IMG/VR virus record: IMGVR_UViG_2609459885_000003
Coordinates: 54,568-74,567 of that record
DNA from: an uncultured virus (IMG/VR IMGVR_UViG_2609459885_000003)
Lineage: Duplodnaviria > Heunggongvirae > Uroviricota > Caudoviricetes
Length of the DNA: 20,000 bases
Reading direction: 5' to 3' (one strand)
Positions within the stretch are counted from its first letter, which is position 1, and each line of letters starts with the position of its first letter. Positions 1-5,980 of the stretch are shown here, one piece after another. Below the pieces are notes generated by a model. It was given only the letters and a program-made list of their open reading frames with translations, was not told the origin of the DNA and did no database searches. Made by a program: the position numbers and the translations under genes.

Positions 1-1
1 A

Positions 2-403
2 AACGCCGCACTTAAAGCCCAGCTGGTTGAAATGACCGTCGGCGCTTCCTTTTCTGGCTCCAATTTCCTGCGTGAAAAAGTTCTGATGACTCCGGCTAAG
101 GCCCGCGTTATCTACGGCTCTCATTTCGAAGTGGGTGAAGACGGTAACGTCGTTGGCTATGACAAGCCGGCAGGTCAGAAAGAGCGTGCTGTTCTGGTTG
201 ACGGCGAAGGTAAGCCGTTACCGTTCGAATCCGCGATTGAGCGTATTTTACGTGCAGATCCGGAAGCTGACGCTTTATTGCGCAGCGAAGCTAAGCAGGG
301 TGCTGGTTCAATTAGTAAACCGACCCACAAAGTAACCCAGCCGAAGAACAAGTCGACAATGGATAAGTTGACTGCCGGTTTAGGGAAAATCGGAATCAAG
401 TAA
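2..403 (+). CDS. 5'-truncated probable capsid scaffolding/assembly protein (C-terminal part)
   Basis: The frame is open from the window start (NAALKAQLVEMTVG...) to TAA at 401-403. It lies directly upstream of the major capsid gene and has a flexible C-terminus (KQGAGS...). Function is inferred from position. Confidence 0.55.
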   Translation, partial: NAALKAQLVEMTVGASFSGSNFLREKVLMTPAKARVIYGSHFEVGEDGNVVGYDKPAGQKERAVLVDGEGKPLPFESAIERILRADPEADALLRSEAKQGAGSISKPTHKVTQPKNKSTMDKLTAGLGKIGIK

Positions 404-429
404 CATCTTAAATCATAGGGAAATGAAAG

Positions 430-1308
430 ATGCCATTACTGCGTGAAGAAGCTGAAAAGCTGTCTAATAACGAGCTTGAACAGGGCGTGATCGAGACCAT
501 TATCGATCGTGACGACCTGTTTGCCGTCCTGCCTTTCATGAAAATCAATTCGAAGGCATATCTTTATAACCGCGAAAAAACCCTGAGCGAAGCTACTTTC
601 ATTGATGTGAACGACACCATCACCGAAGGTGCAGCAACCTTCGAAGAGAAAGTTGCGAAGCTGCGCATTCTGGCTGGCGACGTTGACGTCGACAAATTCC
701 TGGCTACCACTATGGCTGATACCAACAACCAGCTGGCTATCCAGGTTCGTCAGAAAGTCAAAGGTCTGGCTCGTGCCTTCCGTCGCAATCTGATTGTTGG
801 CGACTCCACCACTAACAACAAAGCCTTCGACGGTATTCCGAAGCTGATGCATGACGATCAGAAGATCGACATCTCCGGCGCATCCATGACTTTCTCTATG
901 TTCGACGAACTGGTCGACGCAGTTAAAGATCTGGGCGCAGACTGCATCATGATGCGTTCTGAGCATCTTCGCGCATATCGTGCGCTGCTGCGAACTGTAA
1001 ACGTAGGCCCGTCCGAAATCATGATGGAAAACTTCGGTCGACCAATGCTGTGCCATAACGGCGTTCCGTTTATCGTAAACGACTTCATTCCGGTTGCGGA
1101 CTCCACCAAAGCGGATATCTACTGTCTGCACCTTTCTGAAGAAAACGGTGTAACTGGTCTGTACGGCGGCGAAAACGCCGGTATCGTTGTGGAAAACATT
1201 GGCACCGTTCAGAACAAAGACGCAGTACGTACTCGTGTGAAGTGGTACTGCTCTCTGGCCAATAAGCACGACAAAGCTATCGCGGCGCTGACTAACGTCA
1301 AAATTTAA
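430..1308 (+). CDS. Major capsid protein (probable HK97 fold)
   Basis: 292 aa, SD-like AGGGA at 417-421, codon usage typical of highly expressed genes. Motifs such as 'LFAVLPF', 'LIVGD...AFDGI.KL' and 'GVPFIVNDFIP' are typical of phage capsid proteins. Followed by a terminator. Confidence 0.85.
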   Translation: MPLLREEAEKLSNNELEQGVIETIIDRDDLFAVLPFMKINSKAYLYNREKTLSEATFIDVNDTITEGAATFEEKVAKLRILAGDVDVDKFLATTMADTNNQLAIQVRQKVKGLARAFRRNLIVGDSTTNNKAFDGIPKLMHDDQKIDISGASMTFSMFDELVDAVKDLGADCIMMRSEHLRAYRALLRTVNVGPSEIMMENFGRPMLCHNGVPFIVNDFIPVADSTKADIYCLHLSEENGVTGLYGGENAGIVVENIGTVQNKDAVRTRVKWYCSLANKHDKAIAALTNVKI

Positions 1309-1312
1309 TCCT

Positions 1313-1340
1313 AATAATAGGTAAGTACTTACCTATTATT
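1313..1340. promoter_or_regulatory. Perfect 28-bp palindrome; copy 1 of a recurring operator/late-promoter motif
   Basis: AATAATAGGTAAGT|ACTTACCTATTATT is an exact inverted repeat. It contains a -10-like TATTAT at 1334-1339. Related copies occur at 4427 and 10909. Confidence 0.7.
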
Positions 1341-1347
1341 TTTAAAT

Positions 1348-1373
1348 GGGTGGGCTATACGCCCGCCCTTTTT
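1348..1373 (+). terminator. Rho-independent terminator after the capsid gene
   Basis: GGGTGGGC-TATAC-GCCCGCCC (8-bp stem with one G-U pair) followed by TTTTT. Confidence 0.75.
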
Positions 1374-1386
1374 ATAGGAGCGATAT

Positions 1387-1815
1387 ATGTCAGAAAAAAA
1401 AGTGAAGATCACTGAAAAGGCCTTCACCGACTTTACGGGGGTTATGTTCCGTACTTCTTTCACTAAATCGGTGTCCGATCATCCAGTAAACGAGCGCATG
1501 CAGAACCGTATCACCGCAGCTATGCGAGCGGTTCCGATGGAGCCCACTGTCGCTGTTACTGGTGTGTCGGTAAGTCCTAAGTCGGCATCGGTGGAGGTGA
1601 AAAAAACGGTTCAACTAACGGCTACCGTGGCGCCTGCTGGTGCTACCAACAAGAAAGTTACCTGGGCGTCGAAAAATGCTGAATTTGCAACGGTTGACGC
1701 GGCTACTGGTCTCGTGACCGGCGTTGCAGAAGGGACTGCAACAATTGAAGTCACGACCGCAGACGGCAGCCATAAAGCAACCGCAACTGTTCAAGTTACA
1801 GCAGCTGCAGCCTGA
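1387..1815 (+). CDS. Ig-like (Big_2-type) domain protein, probable capsid decoration/accessory virion protein
   Basis: SD AGGAG at 1376-1380. The C-terminal ~90 aa 'VTGVSVSP...VQLTATVAPAGATNKKVTWAS...ATVD..TGLVTGVAEGTATIEVTTADG' match the bacterial Ig-like group 2 pattern. Confidence 0.8.
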   Translation: MSEKKVKITEKAFTDFTGVMFRTSFTKSVSDHPVNERMQNRITAAMRAVPMEPTVAVTGVSVSPKSASVEVKKTVQLTATVAPAGATNKKVTWASKNAEFATVDAATGLVTGVAEGTATIEVTTADGSHKATATVQVTAAAA

Positions 1816-1827
1816 TTCAGCAACAAG

Positions 1828-1845
1828 GGGTGGCTCTGGCCACCC
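1828..1845 (+). promoter_or_regulatory. Intergenic GC-rich hairpin (possible weak terminator or stability element)
   Basis: GGGTGGC-TCTG-GCCACCC, 7-bp stem, with only TGTT downstream. Confidence 0.4.
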
Positions 1846-1862
1846 TGTTCAGAGGAAAACTC

Positions 1863-2297
1863 ATGAAACCAGCAAAAATTCATCTTCTGGAACCTCAGTT
1901 CCTTGGATACACGGGCATCCTGTGCGGCGTTTACTTTAAAGACGGCATTTCCGTAGCAGAGCTGCCATTCCTCGATCAACAGCGGATCTGCGCCTCAATG
2001 CGTGCCGAAACGATTGATGGGCAAAATGTCTCTCCATCAGCTGCCTTCAGCAATCGTAACGAGCTGGTGGCCGATCAGATTGTGGAGCCTACGGCCCCTG
2101 ATATTGTCCCTATGAAACGTGGCGTCGCGAATGAGGAGACAAAACATGTGCAGCGCTTCACCCGAGAAGAACTGGAGTCCATTGCTGACTGTGAAGGTAT
2201 CGCCGGCCTGCGCCAGATCGGTAACACGCTTGGCGTGAAAGCGAAGGGCATTGTTGAAATGATTGAGGGCATCCTGAAAGCACAAGGCGGTGAGTGA
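1863..2297 (+). CDS. Hypothetical virion protein; N-terminal domain paralogous to that of 1387..1815, C-terminal small helical domain
   Basis: ATG 1863 with SD GAGGA is preferred over the ORF-track start at 1830. The stop overlaps the next start (TGATG). Confidence 0.7.
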   Translation: MKPAKIHLLEPQFLGYTGILCGVYFKDGISVAELPFLDQQRICASMRAETIDGQNVSPSAAFSNRNELVADQIVEPTAPDIVPMKRGVANEETKHVQRFTREELESIADCEGIAGLRQIGNTLGVKAKGIVEMIEGILKAQGGE

Positions 2298-3130
2298 TGG
2301 CTCTGATCGACACGTTTCGTAGCGGAGACATCGTGTCTCTGACCTTCGCCTTTAACGTACTGGATATCGATTCCGCTTCTTACACCGTGCGAGATAGTGC
2401 AGGTACCACACTTGTGGACGAAGAGCCTCTCGATATTGCAGAGGGCCAAATGTCTATACCGGTTGTGGTCTCAGCAGAGCATAACCAGCTGGTCGAAAAA
2501 GAGCGCGATCTGCGCTACGTCATCGTGAAGGCCACAGCGGGTGGGCTAACCCACGAAGAGCGGCAGATGTATGTGCTGCTTAATAGCTTTGAACTATCCG
2601 TCCCGGGTCAGTCGTTTGCCACCGTAGCCGATGCTCAAATGCAGGCCATTGATATGATCAATGGAGATACATTGCTGGCTGATGGAGAGGGTTTGATGCG
2701 CAAGCGGCTAATCGAAGCGACACGGCGAATCAAAACCTTACCTTTCTCTATCCGGAGGATCATGCGCATCGATTTCGACCGGTATGACCGTCCCCAAAAC
2801 ATGCTGAATGTCTATGACATTCCCTGGGGGGCTGACGGTGTGTATCGGCAGGATTTGGTGGACTGGGAGCGGATCACTTCGGAGCAGTTTGCGGAGTTGC
2901 CAGACTACTTTAAAGAGGCGCTGCTTCTGGCCACCGTTAATGAGGCATGCGAGATCGCCAATGGCAACGATATTGCGAGTGCGCGTGAAGACGGCATTTT
3001 GTCTGAATCGATCGGTGAAACAACCAATATGTACCGTACAAGCAAAGTGGCGAATGTCCGTGTGGCTCGCAGCACCTGGCGATTGCTTATTAGTTACATC
3101 AACAATCGGATGATTGTTCGTCGTGCGTAA
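2297..3130 (+). CDS. Probable head-tail connector/adaptor with an extra N-terminal beta-rich domain
   Basis: The C-terminal half has the adaptor-like pattern 'SFATVADA...LIEATRRI...LPDYFKEA...ILSESIGETTNMY'. Located between capsid and neck genes, and translationally coupled to the upstream gene. Confidence 0.6.
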   Translation: MALIDTFRSGDIVSLTFAFNVLDIDSASYTVRDSAGTTLVDEEPLDIAEGQMSIPVVVSAEHNQLVEKERDLRYVIVKATAGGLTHEERQMYVLLNSFELSVPGQSFATVADAQMQAIDMINGDTLLADGEGLMRKRLIEATRRIKTLPFSIRRIMRIDFDRYDRPQNMLNVYDIPWGADGVYRQDLVDWERITSEQFAELPDYFKEALLLATVNEACEIANGNDIASAREDGILSESIGETTNMYRTSKVANVRVARSTWRLLISYINNRMIVRRA

Positions 3131-3227
3131 CACACGTCGTGCTCTTTACTTCTGGTCGACAGGCCTAAGACGGGAAACCGCGCCTCCGCCTGGTAATGAG
3201 TGCGACGACTTCACACAAGGAGAGTGG

Positions 3228-3572
3228 ATGAATATTTCGTGGCAAGCCGAATTGTCGATCTACCGGTTTGGTTCCAAAAACGTCTACGGTGAAGCGCAAT
3301 TGCAATTCGTCAGGAAGACGAAAGTAGGCGTCGTTAAATTTGAACAGAGCAATGAAAAATCGTCCGTCAGGGCAGATAGCTCTGGAAGTCGCGGAAAGGC
3401 GGCGCTGGAGTTGTTTGACGCAGTACTTATTGTTCCACTTGAAGCCGCTGTTCAACTCGATGACGTTCTTGTGCTGGAGGGACAGAAGCTGAAGGTCTCA
3501 AGCGTACATCGGCGATGGGGACTACGTGGCCGCCCTGGGCATCTTGAGCTGGGGGCGAATATATGGGTTTGA
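3228..3572 (+). CDS. Probable head closure / head-tail joining protein
   Basis: ATG 3228 with SD AAGGAG at 3217-3222. 114 aa, beta-rich, with a 'DDVLVLEGQKLKVSSV' pattern. Function inferred from synteny. Confidence 0.6.
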   Translation: MNISWQAELSIYRFGSKNVYGEAQLQFVRKTKVGVVKFEQSNEKSSVRADSSGSRGKAALELFDAVLIVPLEAAVQLDDVLVLEGQKLKVSSVHRRWGLRGRPGHLELGANIWV

Positions 3573-4036
3573 AATATGACGCACACCAGTTTAAGCGTGC
3601 CGGCGCCAGACTTAATAACAGCCAGAAAGCGTTCAAGCGATATCTAATCAGGGACATGGAAAAGCTGGCGCGTCTGGTTGAACGACTGGCACGAGCCATG
3701 GCCCCGCTTGAAACCGGATCGCTTGAGAGCGCCATTTTTGCACGGGTTGTAAAAGAAGGATACGCGGGGCTTCGTATTGAGCTTTCCGTTTCAGGCGCAA
3801 AGCAGCGAGAAGGACATCCAGGCGTTGAGGTGGGGGACTATGCAAAATACATGGAGCTTGGTAAGTACCGTCTTGGTTATTTGTCTCGTATGAAGAATGT
3901 TACCAACCCTCCTGTCGCCGGCGTGAAGCCTAAAGTGGGCCCATATTTCCTTGAGCGAGCGACTCAGATCAGCGAAAAGCAATTTTCGCAAACGATCATG
4001 GAAGCTGCCAGAAAAGCAGGATTTACGCGAGGTTGA
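3563..4036 (+). CDS. Probable neck/tail completion protein (HK97 gp10-like)
   Basis: Motifs 'APLETGSLESAI', 'YAKYMELG' and 'GPYFLERA' are typical of this family; synteny agrees. Confidence 0.7.
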   Translation: MGLKYDAHQFKRAGARLNNSQKAFKRYLIRDMEKLARLVERLARAMAPLETGSLESAIFARVVKEGYAGLRIELSVSGAKQREGHPGVEVGDYAKYMELGKYRLGYLSRMKNVTNPPVAGVKPKVGPYFLERATQISEKQFSQTIMEAARKAGFTRG

Positions 4037-4037
4037 C

Positions 4038-4430
4038 ATGTTTGTAGAAGCATTCGCAAAATTGATACAGAAAAATGGGCTTGGAAAAGTAGGGACGGAC
4101 ATTTTCTGTCACTATATGCCAGCAAAAGTTAAGTCTGGCATTTTGCTGATTAATCCCAATACAGGCATAGCCATCGACCCGGATTTGCAGGGTTTTTACT
4201 TCGACTCATTCACGATAGTAGTTCGCAATGCGAGTATCACAAAATCTGTTGAAATGGCCAACAAAATCATGGATATCCTTCCTGTTAGCAACGTTGAGTC
4301 TGACGGGGTATTCTTCAAAATGGTTAGGCCGATGGCGATGCCAATAACGTATCCAATAAATGACGGATCGCTTATTGAAACAGGGATTCCACTTGAATTT
4401 GCCGGGTACTTTATTGAACTGAATAAATAA
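4038..4430 (+). CDS. Probable tail terminator / minor structural protein
   Basis: ATG 4038 lies just after the previous stop, with SD GAGG. 130 aa, immediately upstream of the tail tube gene. Confidence 0.55.
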   Translation: MFVEAFAKLIQKNGLGKVGTDIFCHYMPAKVKSGILLINPNTGIAIDPDLQGFYFDSFTIVVRNASITKSVEMANKIMDILPVSNVESDGVFFKMVRPMAMPITYPINDGSLIETGIPLEFAGYFIELNK

Positions 4431-4449
4431 GTAAGTATATACTTATCAT
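4427..4449 (+). promoter_or_regulatory. Copy 2 of the palindromic operator/late-promoter motif
   Basis: ATAAGTAAGTATATACTTAT followed by CAT, giving a -10-like TATCAT at 4444-4449. Upstream of the tail tube gene. Confidence 0.65.
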
Positions 4450-4497
4450 TGTGTGTCGGAATGACACTGTTTTAACGGAAAAAGGAGTTTTCCAATA

Positions 4498-5244
4498 ATG
4501 TCCAATACCCATGTTAAAAACATCAAGCTTGGCGCCTGCAAGGTGTCGTTTGGTGGCGTGGATCTGGGTTACACCAAAGGCGGTGTTCAGGTTGAAATCG
4601 CAACCGAAACGCTGAAAGTGACCGTAGACCAGCTGGGCCAGACCACGATCTCCGAGCTGATCCAAGGCCGCAACATCACCATTACTGCGCCGCTGGCTGA
4701 ATCCGTGTTGAAAAACATGGTCGATCTGATGCCAGGTTCAACGCTGAGTTCTGGCGAAGATACCGTAACCATCACGTCTGCGCAGGGTGTGAACCTGATC
4801 GACGTTGCAAAAGAGTTGGTGCTGACCCCGCAGGATGCGACGGATTATGTTCTGACCATCCCTAAAGCAGCAACCGCGGGTAACTTCACCATGACCTACC
4901 AGTCTGACGACGTTCGCGTGTTCTCAGTTGAGTTTTCCGCTTACCCGGACGACGCTGGCGTGTTGGGGAAAATGAGCCTCCCAAAGCCGGTTGAGAGCGT
5001 CACGCTGACCCCGTCTTCACCGACCGTAAAAGTGGGCGCTAAAGTTCAATTGAGCGCAACCTTTACCCCGGCCGATGCAACCAATAAGACTGGCGTGTGG
5101 AGCTCTGATGCGACTGATAAAGCGACCGTAGATCAGAACGGACTGGTAACTGGTAAAGCTGTCGGTTCAGCCAATATCACCTTCACAACTAATGACGGCG
5201 CCAAGAAGGCGACCAAAGCCGTCTCTGTAACTGCCGCAAGCTAA
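4498..5244 (+). CDS. Major tail (tube) protein with C-terminal Ig-like (Big_2) domain
   Basis: N-terminal 'IKLGACKVSFGGVDLGYTKGGV' is a siphovirus tube pattern. The C-terminal ~85 aa are Ig-like. SD AAGGAG. Upstream of the chaperone and tape measure genes. Confidence 0.85.
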   Translation: MSNTHVKNIKLGACKVSFGGVDLGYTKGGVQVEIATETLKVTVDQLGQTTISELIQGRNITITAPLAESVLKNMVDLMPGSTLSSGEDTVTITSAQGVNLIDVAKELVLTPQDATDYVLTIPKAATAGNFTMTYQSDDVRVFSVEFSAYPDDAGVLGKMSLPKPVESVTLTPSSPTVKVGAKVQLSATFTPADATNKTGVWSSDATDKATVDQNGLVTGKAVGSANITFTTNDGAKKATKAVSVTAAS

Positions 5245-5305
5245 ATTGTGATAACCAAAGAGGCCCATGGATGGGCCTCTGTATGAGTTTAAAAGGATTT
5301 AAACC

Positions 5306-5623
5306 ATGACCAAATTACTCGATCTCGACTCCATTCTGCCGCCGAAAAAAAGCATCAAATTTGGTGGCAAAGAATATCCCATCGTTGAAATGACCGTCGG
5401 CCTCTTTGTTTCTATCAAGCAGATGGAAGACAAAGACCTCATGAATATGTCTCCCGTCGACCAGGTAACTGCCTACGCAGAACTGGTACGCAAAGTCATT
5501 CCGTCAGTACCTGACTCCGTTCTGGAGAAACTGACTGTCCAGCAACTCCAGCAGATCTTCACTTTCGCCATGGAAGTGATTGATGAAGAGAACGAAAAAG
5601 CGGCTGGCGAAGGGGCAAAGTAA
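5306..5623 (+). CDS. Tail assembly chaperone (lambda gpG analogue)
   Basis: 105 aa between the tube and tape measure genes, SD AAGGA. Ends GGG GCA AAG TAA, overlapping an open -1 frame. Confidence 0.75.
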   Translation: MTKLLDLDSILPPKKSIKFGGKEYPIVEMTVGLFVSIKQMEDKDLMNMSPVDQVTAYAELVRKVIPSVPDSVLEKLTVQQLQQIFTFAMEVIDEENEKAAGEGAK

Positions 5624-5973
5624 TATCCCGCGATGAATCCGGGGTAAAGACCGTTTCGATAGATCTCGGATTCTATTTCAGTCGTGTAGTTGCTCACTAC
5701 GCCGTATCGCCAATAGAGCTACTGAGTGTCCCGTTGACCATGTTCTGGATGCTCAGCCGCAATATCGATCGTCTGCGAGCGGAAGAGGATGTCCGCAATC
5801 TGCAGGTCGCCCGCGTCGCCCAAGCGGATGGCGATGGCGTTAAGGCGTTCATGGAGGGTTTGCAACTCAGGATTGGAAGGCCAGTCGTTACTGATAAAGT
5901 CTACCGTCCGCATATGGATAAGGCAGACCCCGACGCCAAAGAGCAGCTGATGCAAATTTTTGGCAGAGGATGA
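5587..5973 (+). CDS. -1 frame extension of the tail assembly chaperone (lambda gpT/gpGT analogue)
   Basis: The -1 frame is open from 5587 (after TGA TGA at 5581-5586) to TGA 5971-5973 and reads ...GKVISRDESGVKTVSIDLGFYFSRVVAHYAVSPIELLSVPLTMFWML.... There is no good SD before the ORF-track start at 5734. Confidence 0.7.
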   Translation, partial: RERKSGWRRGKVISRDESGVKTVSIDLGFYFSRVVAHYAVSPIELLSVPLTMFWMLSRNIDRLRAEEDVRNLQVARVAQADGDGVKAFMEGLQLRIGRPVVTDKVYRPHMDKADPDAKEQLMQIFGRG

Positions 5974-5980
5974 CAAGGGA

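Noticed and set aside
436..1269. 277-aa minus-strand ORF opposite the capsid gene
   Set aside because: Antisense shadow of a codon-biased gene; no recognisable protein features.
3135..3207. Hammerhead or other known self-cleaving ribozyme
   Set aside because: GAAA is present but the CUGANGA core is not, and I could not fit other ribozyme consensus folds by eye. Kept only as an unclassified structure.
3114..3227. N-terminal extension of the head-closure gene, or a +1 frameshift fusion with the adaptor
   Set aside because: TTG start without an SD, no plausible shift site in 3114-3130, and a strong SD precedes ATG 3228.
5259..5280. Intrinsic terminator after the tail tube gene
   Set aside because: Strong stem but no U-tract on the + strand (followed by GTATGAG); treated instead as a GGA-loop hairpin.
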